DNA of 64,000 bases, taken from positions 1 through 64,000 of the forward strand of contig JBNKHE010000003.1 in the NCBI GenBank assembly GCA_050290185.1, in the 5' to 3' direction. The DNA is from Pontiella sp. (GTDB taxonomy: Bacteria; Verrucomicrobiota; Kiritimatiellia; Kiritimatiellales; Pontiellaceae). Each line of letters starts with the position of its first letter. Position 1 is the first letter of the stretch. The notes under the pieces were generated by a model that saw only the letters and a program-made list of their open reading frames with translations, was not told the origin of the DNA and did not search any database. Below, one piece after another: positions 6,733 through 16,901 of the stretch. The translations under genes and the position numbers were made by a program.

Positions 6733-9081
6733 ATGATGAAGGTGCGATACATTATTTTCTCCATGATGCTATTGTCGGTTGCCTCGCCGGCGCGGCAAAT
6801 CATTTCCTTGGATTCCGCCTGGCGGTTTTTCCAGGGGGATAATTCGAGCGCAAAATCCATGGCTTTTAATGATTCCGGTTGGGAGCAGGTGGATGTGCCG
6901 CACGATTGGGCTATTGCGGGACCGTTTGACGAGGATGCAGAAACTACGGGTTCAGGTGGATGGTTGCCTTCGGGAGTGGCCTGGTACCGGAAAGGCATCG
7001 ACCTGCCGAAGTCGGCAGAGGGGACGCGCGTTTGGATCGAATTCGACGGTGTGATGGCCAATAGCGAAGTCTGGATGAATGGAAAGCTGTTGGGAGAGCG
7101 TCCAAATGGGTACACGAGTTTCCGGTATGATGTTACCGATGTCATGAAACCCGGGATGGAAAATATTCTGGTGGTGAAATCCGATACCTCGGATCAGCCC
7201 GCATCGCGCTGGTATACCGGTGCGGGTATTTACCGGCATGTCAGAATGGTCATTGCCGAGCCGGTTCACATCAGTCCATGGGGAGTATTTGTGACGACTC
7301 CGGAAGTCAGCCCTGAATCCGCCGAGGTCCTTGTTCAGGTGGCAATAGCCAATTCGACGGTTACAGCCGGCAAGGCCGTAGTCCGGTGCTCCTTGGAAGG
7401 TCCAAATGGAGAGTTGGAGGCGACCATCGCCACTGAAATTTTCTTGTCCGCGAAATCCGAAAGCGATGTGACCCAAAGAATCAAGGTCCCGAATCCTCAG
7501 CTGTGGGATTTGGATTCCCCCAATCTCTATACATTGGTCACTCAGGTGATGAATGGGGGTCAGGTGATTGATGAGGTTCGCACGCCCTTTGGTATCCGCT
7601 CTGCGGAGTTTAAGTCGGAAACCGGTTTCTGGCTCAATGGGAAGAACTTCAAGATCAAAGGAGTCTGCCTCCATCATTGTGGGGGTGCCGTCGGTGCCGC
7701 GGTTCCGCTAGGCGTGTGGGAGCGCCGCCTGAAGATTTTGCGAAGCCTGGGCGTGAACGCGATCCGTACGGCCCACAATCCTCCTGCACCCGAGTTTCTC
7801 GATCTGTGCGACCGCATGGGCTTTCTGGTGATGGACGAGTTCTTCGATTGCTGGACCGAGGGGAAGAACGAGCATGATTACCACAAGTTTTTCGAAGAGT
7901 GGTCCCATACCGATCTGCGCGACGGCATCCTGCGCGATCGCAACCATCCCTCTGTGATCCTCTATAGTGTTGGCAACGAAATTCATGACACGCCGCACGA
8001 GGAATTGGCGAAAAAGATTTTGCGAGGTCTTGTGGATGTCTGTCACGAAACCGATCCTTCGCGTCCGGTAACGCAGGCATTGTTTCGTCCGAATGTGTCG
8101 CACGACTACGACAACGGCTTGGCCGACATGCTGGACGTGATCGGCACCAACTACCGGGATGCGGAACTGCTTCAGGCTTGGAAGGACAAGACCGGCCGCA
8201 AGATCATCGGGACCGAACAGGGCCAAAACCGCTCGACCTGGTTGGCTTGCCGGGATAATCCACAGCATGCTGGCCAGTTTCTTTGGGTAGGGATCGATTA
8301 TCTCGGCGAATCCCGCAGCTGGCCGCTGACGGTATACAATGTGGGTTTACTGGATCGCTGCGGTTTTGTCCAGCCACGGGGGCGCGAGCGTCAAAGCTGG
8401 TGGAGCGACACTCCAATGGTCAGCGCTTTCCGCCGTGTCGCCAAAACGGAAGAGACGCCCACGGACCCTGGCTACGAGGTAATCGAATGGAAGCGGCGGC
8501 AGGTGCTGTTTCCCGACTGGAATCCTATTTCCTCCGAACCGCATACCGAAAACGTTGAAGTCTACAGCAATGCCGATGAGGTTGAACTGTTTCTCAACAA
8601 CATGTCGCTGGGGAAAAGGAAAACCCGCGCGGATGACGGGGCGTTGAACTGGGATGTGCCGTTTGAACCGGGCGTACTTGAGGCTGTGGTGTATCAGGCA
8701 GGGGAAGAGGTTGCGCGCGATACGCTCCGTACCGCCGGCGCGCCGGCCAAATTGACACTGGTGCCCGATCAGGAGCGCGTTGGACTGACATTTGATGACG
8801 TGGTAACGGTCGAGGTCCGGATTCTGGATGAACATGGAACACTTGTTCCAACGGCTGACGATCTCGTAAAATTCGAAGTGTCCGGTCCAGGGAAGCTTAT
8901 CGCCGTCGACAGCGGAAATGTGGTCAGCACTGAACCGTTCCATGCATCTGAGCGCAAAGCATACCAAGGGCGTTGTATCGCCGTTCTGCGTGCAACCGGT
9001 GCGGGAACCATAAAGCTATCGGCAACCGTTGAGGGGCTTCCGGTTGCTTCCGTGGAGGTCGCCGCCGGGGAGAATAAATAG
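6733..9081 (+). CDS. GH2 glycoside hydrolase (beta-galactosidase-like)
   Basis: VDVPHDWAI, IEFDGVM, RWYTGAGIYR, GVCLHH, NAIRTAHNPP, DRNHPSVILYSVGNE; signal peptide. Confidence 0.93.
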   Translation: MMKVRYIIFSMMLLSVASPARQIISLDSAWRFFQGDNSSAKSMAFNDSGWEQVDVPHDWAIAGPFDEDAETTGSGGWLPSGVAWYRKGIDLPKSAEGTRVWIEFDGVMANSEVWMNGKLLGERPNGYTSFRYDVTDVMKPGMENILVVKSDTSDQPASRWYTGAGIYRHVRMVIAEPVHISPWGVFVTTPEVSPESAEVLVQVAIANSTVTAGKAVVRCSLEGPNGELEATIATEIFLSAKSESDVTQRIKVPNPQLWDLDSPNLYTLVTQVMNGGQVIDEVRTPFGIRSAEFKSETGFWLNGKNFKIKGVCLHHCGGAVGAAVPLGVWERRLKILRSLGVNAIRTAHNPPAPEFLDLCDRMGFLVMDEFFDCWTEGKNEHDYHKFFEEWSHTDLRDGILRDRNHPSVILYSVGNEIHDTPHEELAKKILRGLVDVCHETDPSRPVTQALFRPNVSHDYDNGLADMLDVIGTNYRDAELLQAWKDKTGRKIIGTEQGQNRSTWLACRDNPQHAGQFLWVGIDYLGESRSWPLTVYNVGLLDRCGFVQPRGRERQSWWSDTPMVSAFRRVAKTEETPTDPGYEVIEWKRRQVLFPDWNPISSEPHTENVEVYSNADEVELFLNNMSLGKRKTRADDGALNWDVPFEPGVLEAVVYQAGEEVARDTLRTAGAPAKLTLVPDQERVGLTFDDVVTVEVRILDEHGTLVPTADDLVKFEVSGPGKLIAVDSGNVVSTEPFHASERKAYQGRCIAVLRATGAGTIKLSATVEGLPVASVEVAAGENK

Positions 9082-9293
9082 TTGCTCAAATCCTAAATTC
9101 AATTCTTCCTTAGTAGGTATGATAAAAGGTTCATGACCCATTCCAGGGGCTTTCCAATGAATGTTGTAGCGAGGGAATCGCTGCATGCAGAGCGCGCGTA
9201 AATTCCCTCAAGAATACGCGGCCTTTACATTCGTAAAGAACCACGTCCTACACCGACTAACGCCCTCTCCCGGAAATGGGTCATGAACCTAAT

Positions 9294-9332
9294 AAAAACG
9301 GTTCCGTCGCAGGACGGGACCGTTCTCTTTTT
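9294..9332 (-). terminator. Terminator hairpin between convergent genes
   Basis: AACGGTTCCGTC-GCAG-GACGGGACCGTT with A- and T-rich flanks. Confidence 0.75.
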
Positions 9333-9346
9333 CAGTCAACCTTTTG

Positions 9347-12004
9347 TTACGGATAGACCAGCTTGTAGAATATGTTTTCTGCGGGAAGTCCGGAGAACGG
9401 GGTTTCAAAAGCATTGGTCGCAGCGCTGCCGGAAACTTCGATCCACGTGTTGGTCATCAGATTGGTGTTGTACATCAACCGCCATCCCGTGTTGTTGCTC
9501 GGCCATACGAGGTTCAACATGCCGTTCGTGATCAAAAGATCCATGTTGGGCGGAATGGAGGAAATGGTTGGCGGGGTCCCGTTGGTTTCTTCGGTTTCGT
9601 TGTCATCGCCGTCGCCATCCGGGTCGTCTGTTCCTATCTGGTCGAGATTGCCGAAGTTTGCCATTTCCCAGACATCCTCCAGTCCGTCATCGTCCGAGTC
9701 GGCGATTTCATCGACGCTTAGGACTCTTGCATAGAGACGAACCTGGTCGATCGCGCCATTGAAAAACCCGCTTCCACTCTGCAGGCTGCCGATGCGGAGC
9801 GCCGGCGGATAGGACCGCGAACCCGTCGCGCCGGTTCCGGTTGTTTCGAGCGCACCGTCCACGTAGATCTTGACGGTCCCCGATGCGTTGTCGCGGGTCG
9901 CGGCAACATGATGCCAAACTCCGTCGTTGATGGTCGACGCGGAAAAGAAGGTGGTATCCGGGGATCCAATTCCTAGAGCGACTTTTCCGTTCAAGAGAGC
10001 CATGCCCCAATCGGGATAAGATCCAGCGACTTCACCATCGATCAACCCCTTGCCTTGCCACCACTGGGTGCCGGTTCCTCCGGTGGCGGTCGTTTTTACC
10101 CAGCAGGAAACCGTGAAGTTATCCTGAATGCACCGGGGAATTCCGACATAGGAGGATGAACCGTTGAAATGGGCGCTTTGACCATTTACCCCATCCGCCG
10201 CATAGGAGACTGCGGTGGCGGTTCCGTTGTTGCCGTTTCCTGTGCTGTCGGCGGCATTGCCTTCGAAGGTATAGAGCGCTTCCGGTAGCATGGAAGCCGG
10301 CTGGCCATTGGGATCGTAGAAGTCGATGCAGTCGAGGCTGTAGCCGGCACTGAGATAGCCGGACAGTCCGGATCCGCTGATCGGGTAGATGTGGAGGGTA
10401 TTGACTCCCACCTGTAGAGCACTGGCCGGAATGTTGAAGGTGTACATGGTGTTGTTCCCTCGGTAGGAACCGACGGTCAGGGAGCGGGTGCTCGGCTGGG
10501 AGGATATTGCGGTGTACACGCCGTCGTTCCAACCGTTGATGTCGAAATCCGGGCGGCCGCCGGAGTAGGCGACGGTTATGCCGATACGTAGCACGCTGTC
10601 GACGATCTGGTCGGCCGTGAGCGTAAACTGGATGGTCTTGCTCCCGCCGGCAATATCCTTCCACTGATAGCAGGGCATGTCGGTCGCCGGCGACGAGCTT
10701 CCGACCACATAGGTGCCGGTATTCCAGTTGGCCATGCGGACATCCGAAGGGTGCATGGTCGTTATCTTATCGCCATTGAGAAGCTCGGTCGGTGTGCCGT
10801 CCCAGTCGCCGATCCGCCAGACGGGAACCTTTTCGCTGGGATCATCGGCAATGGTGATTGGATCCATGACCGTATCGTTGCCGGCGGAAAGTGTCACCGT
10901 ATCGGTATAGACCTCGAGTTCGTTTTTATACACGGTCAGATCATACGTTCCCGGCAGGACGTTTGTGACGCTGAAGGAGCCGTCGATGGACGAGGCTTCA
11001 GCCCAGAACTGGGCATTGGCATTGGCAAGCCCGACCGTGTAGGTATAGGTAGTGTCGCGGCCCGAAATACCACTGCCGCTGACGCTGCCGCGCCCGGACG
11101 ACGGCACATAGCCGAGCAATCCCATGCCACCAAACCAGGAGGTATCCAACGGCGCAGGTTCCGACCCATCGTTGAAGACCAGAGTGTAGTAGTTCAGGAT
11201 ATGCGTTCGGAAGGCTTCAGTTTGAACCTCTCCATAGTTGACGATGTAGGTCAACTCCTGGTCGCCGCTGCCCTGCTGTATCAGGCAACGGTAGAAGGGT
11301 CCGCCGGATCCGCCTTCATTGTTGTCGCGCACCATCCACGCCCCGACACCGGAACCGGTTGCTCCAAAATAGGACCAGTCGTTCAATCGCATGTTGGAAT
11401 AATGCTTTGAGCGGGTTTGGCCGCGAAGCGAGACGATCGAATTGGACGGGCTGTATCCAAAAATGTCTCCCGACTCGACCGTCATGTCGGTGTCGCCGAT
11501 TTCCGCCGGTTCGGAGCCGTTGGGGAGTTTGTAGTGGGGGATGCGGACGATGTAGCGGACCAGTCCGTGGATGTCCGGTTCCGTGGTGAAGTATGTGGCC
11601 ATGTAGATGTGTGGATCGCCGTTGCGCGCCATGTAGTAATGGGTGAGGTTGCCCGCCTGGACGGTAATCTTAACATATTCATTTGAGATGGTCTGGGCGC
11701 TGACCGTTACAGCCGATGTGCTGGAGTAGAGATAGTCGAATCCTGAAGTGACCTGCGATCCCCTTGACTGATCCTGATATTCCACGCCGTTGTAGACCAT
11801 GCTGCGGATGTCGCCGATGGAGACCGTGTTGGGATTTACTCCCGATTCCTCAACCCGTCGCACCTTGAAGACAAGACCCGCACCGGTATCCACCTGGTAG
11901 TAGTCGGTCGTGGTGGTGAGGCCAAAGGCGGCAAACGTAGCGGTTGGGAGAACCGCGCATGCACCGATAAGATAAAATAGCAGGAAAGTTTTTAATTGTT
12001 TCAT
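9347..12004 (-). CDS. Rhamnogalacturonan lyase (PL4, RhgB-like) + LamG + acidic TSP3-like repeat + C-terminal domain
   Basis: FGLTTT..YQVDTGAGLVFKV, GQTRSKHYSN, SGGPFYR, WRIGDWDGTP, MHPSDVRM, GSYRGNN; LamG motifs DGVWHHVAAT and IDQVRLY. Confidence 0.9.
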   Translation of the reverse strand: MKQLKTFLLFYLIGACAVLPTATFAAFGLTTTTDYYQVDTGAGLVFKVRRVEESGVNPNTVSIGDIRSMVYNGVEYQDQSRGSQVTSGFDYLYSSTSAVTVSAQTISNEYVKITVQAGNLTHYYMARNGDPHIYMATYFTTEPDIHGLVRYIVRIPHYKLPNGSEPAEIGDTDMTVESGDIFGYSPSNSIVSLRGQTRSKHYSNMRLNDWSYFGATGSGVGAWMVRDNNEGGSGGPFYRCLIQQGSGDQELTYIVNYGEVQTEAFRTHILNYYTLVFNDGSEPAPLDTSWFGGMGLLGYVPSSGRGSVSGSGISGRDTTYTYTVGLANANAQFWAEASSIDGSFSVTNVLPGTYDLTVYKNELEVYTDTVTLSAGNDTVMDPITIADDPSEKVPVWRIGDWDGTPTELLNGDKITTMHPSDVRMANWNTGTYVVGSSSPATDMPCYQWKDIAGGSKTIQFTLTADQIVDSVLRIGITVAYSGGRPDFDINGWNDGVYTAISSQPSTRSLTVGSYRGNNTMYTFNIPASALQVGVNTLHIYPISGSGLSGYLSAGYSLDCIDFYDPNGQPASMLPEALYTFEGNAADSTGNGNNGTATAVSYAADGVNGQSAHFNGSSSYVGIPRCIQDNFTVSCWVKTTATGGTGTQWWQGKGLIDGEVAGSYPDWGMALLNGKVALGIGSPDTTFFSASTINDGVWHHVAATRDNASGTVKIYVDGALETTGTGATGSRSYPPALRIGSLQSGSGFFNGAIDQVRLYARVLSVDEIADSDDDGLEDVWEMANFGNLDQIGTDDPDGDGDDNETEETNGTPPTISSIPPNMDLLITNGMLNLVWPSNNTGWRLMYNTNLMTNTWIEVSGSAATNAFETPFSGLPAENIFYKLVYP

Positions 12005-12521
12005 AATGTATAGAAGAGTCGGGGTTGTGGTTTATCATGCTCATGGCTGTGGACAATTCGAAAAAATAACATGGGAGAACGCGCTGGGAAAGGGGGAGTA
12101 ACGAATCTTAATTATACAATATTAAACATGTCATTGTCATTTCGAGGCGTTGTTATGCACGGTCCGATTAGCGATATAATCATTTTCGGAGCCTTGAGCA
12201 TGAATTCCCATTCGGTTTTGATGTCTCAAGTCTGTTGGGTAATAGATGTCGTCTCTTTTAGATACGATCTCTATGAGATGCCAGTTCTCATGGTGTTTTC
12301 TATTCCTGTTGATCGTGCATATGGTTGAATATGTATAATAGTGGGTTGATGCTTTTTCTATGAAATGGAGCTCTTGCGAGGGCAAGATACAACGGTTTAG
12401 GGATAATGTGTCCGATTTACGGCCACTAATGGGCTCATAAGCGATCTCCTGAGTCACAAACTTTGCTCGGCGAGCCAGTTCTCTATACGGACATCCGAGT
12501 AATTAAAAAAGGCGACATTCA

Positions 12522-15500
12522 ATGAAATTCAAAACGATGAGTGCGGTTGTCGGTCTTCTATTCATGGGTACTGTGGCTTGGGCGCAGATTCCCGCGTTCC
12601 CAGGAGCCGAAGGATTCGGGGCCTATGCCTCCGGTGGCCGTGGCGGCGATGTGTATACCGTAACCAGCCTGAACAACAGTGGGGCGGGAACACTGCGGGA
12701 AGCTCTTGATACCGCTCCGGCTGGCGGACGAACCATTGTTTTTGCGGTCAGCGGCTATATTCCAGTCGTTTCGGATACCAATTTCCAGGTGCCGGCCAAC
12801 GTGACGATTGCCGGCCAGACGGCACCGGGCGACGGTGTGGGGCTCAAGGGCGGCAGGATGCTGATCAAGGGCAACAACACCATCATGCGCCACTTCCGTA
12901 TCCGGCACGGAAAATACGGCACCGGTGGCGACTGTCTGAACATCGACTACGGTATTGATGAAACCATGATCGATCATGTTTCGATGATGTTCAGCACCGA
13001 CGAAAATTTTTCCTTCTTCGGGACCGCTCCCGACAATTTTACCATGCAGTATTCCACGAGCACCTGGGGCATGGAGCGCCACAATGCCGGCGGATTGTGG
13101 GACCTCGACCACGGCACCTGCCATCATTCCCTCTGGGCGCATCATCGCACGCGTAATCCGAAGGCGCGTCCCACCATGCTCGAATGGATCAACAACGTGA
13201 CCTTCCATTGGCGTAACGAAGGCTTCATCATGGGCGACTCGGAGACGCCGGCCAACTGGAAGGCCAATGTGCGCGGTTGCTATTACATTTCCATTGATGA
13301 TGCGGATGATGGGTCCACGGTTCATAGTACGGGTCTGACGAAGGCCTGGGTTTCTTCGGCCGGCGTACCCAACTTCAGTCTCTATCTCGATGACACCCTG
13401 TACGACTACAATGACAATGGGGTCTTGGATGGGACCGATCGCAGCTATGCCATCGTCGATGGTTCCGAGTTCACGCCGGGTGATCCCCAAGGAGCGAATC
13501 GCTACTACAAATCTGCGACTCCATTCACAGGTGCGCCGGCCGCGGTTTCCATCGATGATCCGCTGACGGCGTACAAGAAAGTGGTTTCGTCCGTCGGCCC
13601 CTTGCGTCTCGATGCAAGCGCGGTCTCGCTACGTGACGAGCTGGATAGTCTGTTGATTGATACCGTGACCAACCAGTACAGCATCCTGGTCCAGAAGGAT
13701 GGAAAAACGACAGGGGAGGACCCCGCCCGAACGAACAACGGAGAACAGCTCCTGGCCGATCAATATGGCATTTCCAACAACGGGTTCGGCACGCTCAACA
13801 CGGCTCCCGCACGGGCGGATTCCGACGGCGACGGCATGCCGGATGACTGGGAGCTGGCGCTGGGCTCGAACGTGGCGAGCCAGGATCACAACACCGTCTT
13901 TGCCAATAACGGATCGATCATTACGGCATCGACCTTTTTCCCGTCCAACACCGAAGCCGGCTACACGTATCTGGAGGAATATCTCCATTTCTGCGCAATA
14001 CCGCACGCTTGGATGGCTAAAAATACAGTGGAGCAGCCGACGTCTCTTACGGTCGATCTGAGCCGATACACCGATGGGTTCATGGATGCGCCGGTCTTCA
14101 CCATTAGCAACGTGGTAGGCGGCTCCGTTAATCAGACCGGGTCGGTTGTTGAGTTTACGCCGACGCAGGATTCCTCCGGCCGCGCCGGGTTTGACTTTAA
14201 CGTTACCGATGCGGACGGCAGCAGCTGGACCCAGCAGTTTGCCATCCTAGTAACTGTATCGGCCGAGCCGCGCGAACTGGTGTGGGTCGGCGGTAACAAC
14301 GGAAATGTATGGGACACCGCAACCGTCAACTGGGAGACGAGCGGGGCTTCCCCGACAACTTTCGGCATGGGCGACATCGTGCTCTTCGACAATAGCGGCA
14401 ATAATTCCACCATTTCCGTCAGCAGCAATCTCACTGCGCAATCCATGACGGTGAGCGGCACCCAGAACTACAGTTTTTCCGGTCCCGGCGCACTCAGTGT
14501 CGTTGATGGCTTTACGAATTCTTCCAGTGGAACACTCACGTTGAATACAAGCATCAGCACCGGAAGCGGGACGTTGCTTGATGGCGGCGAAACCGTCATC
14601 AACTCCGGCGGAAGCCTTTCCGGCGGCGAGATTGAACTGGCCGGCGGAGCGACCGTAACCGACGGAACCGGAGGCAGCCAGCTGCTGCTCTCCCCGAACC
14701 TCCAGGTTTCTTCGGGAGAGACCGGAACCCTCGACCTGTCGACGTGGGCGGACGTGAATGGGAATTTGTCGGGTGGTGGAACGCTCAGCATTGACGTCAA
14801 CTCGACGGGAGATTATTTCGCCGGCGACTGGTCGGCATTTACCGGTCAGATCAACGTGACCGCCAACTCCGGCTCCGACGAATTTAAAATCAACCGGGGC
14901 TACGAAAGCGGTCTTCAGCTGGCCTCCGGCAGGCTTCACCTAGGCGACGGCGTTGTGATGCATCAGGTGGTAAATGGCCCCAACGATACCGTTGGGACTC
15001 CGCACAATATTGGGGAACTCTCCGGAACCTCCGGTGCGGTTATCGGTGCCCAGCCGATTGGCGGTCGTTATGCCGAGTGGATCATCGGTGCACTCAACAC
15101 AGACTCAACCTTTGCAGGTGTCATCCGCGACAGCGATTATGCCGATCCGTGGGGAGGGTATGGAACGTCGAAACTCTCCAAGGTAGGGTCGGGCAAGCTT
15201 ACCCTGTCAGGAAACAACACCTATTCCGGAAACACGGCCATCTGGGACGGCGAACTAAACGTCACAGGGTCGCTTGGCGGTACCGATGTCTATGTCGGTT
15301 CCGGGTCGAAGTTGTCGGGCAGCGGGGCCGTCGGCAACCTGCTCACGCTGCTATCGGGCGGTGAGATCGATGTCGGGGATACACCCGGTACCGTTGGAAC
15401 CATGATGACATCCGGCGGAATCACCCTAAAGGCCGGCATCTTGTATTTTGACCTTTCGTCCAACCCGGCATCCGGCAACGACCAGATTCTGAACAGTGCC

Positions 15501-16844
15501 GGTACGCTCACGTTTGACGGCTCGGAAGGGGCTGCGCATTTTGTTATTCATCAGACGGACGGCTATCTGTCCGAAGGGACCTATAACCTGATCCTTGGCG
15601 GAGTCGGCTCGTCGGCGCCCTACAGTCCTTCTTTCACGCTTAATCTGACCGATACACTGTACAAGAGCTATTCACTTCAACGTTCGGGAGGGGGAAGTAC
15701 TGATGCTTTTGTTCGGCTGGTCGTGACCGATCTGGATCCGGGAACCATTGATCCGGCAGATCCCGTGGCCTGGTACCGCTTTGAGGAAGGAACGGCAGGC
15801 ACGGCGGTTCCCTATGGGGGCAACCAGATTGTTGATTCAGCCGGCGGTGATGATAACCTGAATGCCTACGCGGCGAACACCGCTCCTGATTACAGTGACT
15901 CGGTGCCTGTGGCAACGATTCCGCAGACCGGCGCAACCAATACCTTGAGCACGCATTTCGATGGGAGCGACGACCTATACACCGCCGTTACGAGTGGCCC
16001 GCTGGTTACCACGATCTACTCTAACTTTACGCTGGAGGCCTATGTCAACTTTGACTCACTCACCGGATTCCAGACGATTGTGGGCCGCGATGATGATTTC
16101 GGCGATGCAGCGGGCGGCGTGAGTGGCGATGCCCGTGCACTTCTATACCTGTCGAAGCATGTGGATGGACATTTTCGTATTGAGGCCTGTACGGCCGGCA
16201 GTGACTATGTAAGCGTTGAGGGCTCTCTCAGCCCGGTTCAGAATACATGGTATCATATTGCAGCGGTTGGCGACGCGGCCGCCGGAACTCTTACCCTGTA
16301 TGTCGATGGTCAGAATGTGGGATCTTCCACGGGATTTGACGGGCTCTACCCTTCGACCACGCATCCATGGAGCGTCGGTCGGGGAATGTACAATGGCGCT
16401 GCTGTGGATCAGCTTTCCGGCATGATCGACGAAGTGCGAATTACCGATGCGGCGTTGTCGCCGGTCCAGTTCCTGAATTTTTCGAATCCGGACACCGACT
16501 ATGACGGGTTGGACGATGCTTGGGAAATGGCGCAGTTCGGTAACCTGGACCAATCCGGTACAGACGATCCGGACGGCGACGGCGATGACAACGAAACGGA
16601 AGAATCGAACGGAACCGATCCGACTGTCTCCTCCATTCCGCCGGTAATCGGTATGGCCATGAACGCCGGAGCGCTCAACCTGAACTGGTCCAGCAACCAT
16701 ACGGGATGGCGTTTATTGTACAATACCAACCTGACGGGTGGTACGTGGGCTGAAGTCTTTGGTAGTGACACCACCAACATTTATACAGTTCCCCTAGGTG
16801 ACCTTCCTCCAACCACTACGTTCTACAAGATGATCTATCCATAA
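12522..16844 (+). CDS. Pectate lyase (PL1-like) + autotransporter-associated beta-strand repeat region + LamG + C-terminal domain
   Basis: PAFPGAEGFGAYASGGRGGDVYTVTSL, VTIAGQTAPGDG, IDHVS, RNPK, DSDGDGMPDDWE, KVGSGKLTLSGNNTYSG. Confidence 0.9.
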   Translation: MKFKTMSAVVGLLFMGTVAWAQIPAFPGAEGFGAYASGGRGGDVYTVTSLNNSGAGTLREALDTAPAGGRTIVFAVSGYIPVVSDTNFQVPANVTIAGQTAPGDGVGLKGGRMLIKGNNTIMRHFRIRHGKYGTGGDCLNIDYGIDETMIDHVSMMFSTDENFSFFGTAPDNFTMQYSTSTWGMERHNAGGLWDLDHGTCHHSLWAHHRTRNPKARPTMLEWINNVTFHWRNEGFIMGDSETPANWKANVRGCYYISIDDADDGSTVHSTGLTKAWVSSAGVPNFSLYLDDTLYDYNDNGVLDGTDRSYAIVDGSEFTPGDPQGANRYYKSATPFTGAPAAVSIDDPLTAYKKVVSSVGPLRLDASAVSLRDELDSLLIDTVTNQYSILVQKDGKTTGEDPARTNNGEQLLADQYGISNNGFGTLNTAPARADSDGDGMPDDWELALGSNVASQDHNTVFANNGSIITASTFFPSNTEAGYTYLEEYLHFCAIPHAWMAKNTVEQPTSLTVDLSRYTDGFMDAPVFTISNVVGGSVNQTGSVVEFTPTQDSSGRAGFDFNVTDADGSSWTQQFAILVTVSAEPRELVWVGGNNGNVWDTATVNWETSGASPTTFGMGDIVLFDNSGNNSTISVSSNLTAQSMTVSGTQNYSFSGPGALSVVDGFTNSSSGTLTLNTSISTGSGTLLDGGETVINSGGSLSGGEIELAGGATVTDGTGGSQLLLSPNLQVSSGETGTLDLSTWADVNGNLSGGGTLSIDVNSTGDYFAGDWSAFTGQINVTANSGSDEFKINRGYESGLQLASGRLHLGDGVVMHQVVNGPNDTVGTPHNIGELSGTSGAVIGAQPIGGRYAEWIIGALNTDSTFAGVIRDSDYADPWGGYGTSKLSKVGSGKLTLSGNNTYSGNTAIWDGELNVTGSLGGTDVYVGSGSKLSGSGAVGNLLTLLSGGEIDVGDTPGTVGTMMTSGGITLKAGILYFDLSSNPASGNDQILNSAGTLTFDGSEGAAHFVIHQTDGYLSEGTYNLILGGVGSSAPYSPSFTLNLTDTLYKSYSLQRSGGGSTDAFVRLVVTDLDPGTIDPADPVAWYRFEEGTAGTAVPYGGNQIVDSAGGDDNLNAYAANTAPDYSDSVPVATIPQTGATNTLSTHFDGSDDLYTAVTSGPLVTTIYSNFTLEAYVNFDSLTGFQTIVGRDDDFGDAAGGVSGDARALLYLSKHVDGHFRIEACTAGSDYVSVEGSLSPVQNTWYHIAAVGDAAAGTLTLYVDGQNVGSSTGFDGLYPSTTHPWSVGRGMYNGAAVDQLSGMIDEVRITDAALSPVQFLNFSNPDTDYDGLDDAWEMAQFGNLDQSGTDDPDGDGDDNETEESNGTDPTVSSIPPVIGMAMNAGALNLNWSSNHTGWRLLYNTNLTGGTWAEVFGSDTTNIYTVPLGDLPPTTTFYKMIYP

Positions 16845-16901
16845 GCGGGGCAAGCGGACTTTTTGTGTCGGAATCGAGAGGCAGATGAGTAAAGTACACC
16901 T

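Noticed and set aside
12071..12457. Short ORFs between the divergent PL4 and PL1 genes
   Set aside because: No recognisable motifs or RBS; likely promoter DNA
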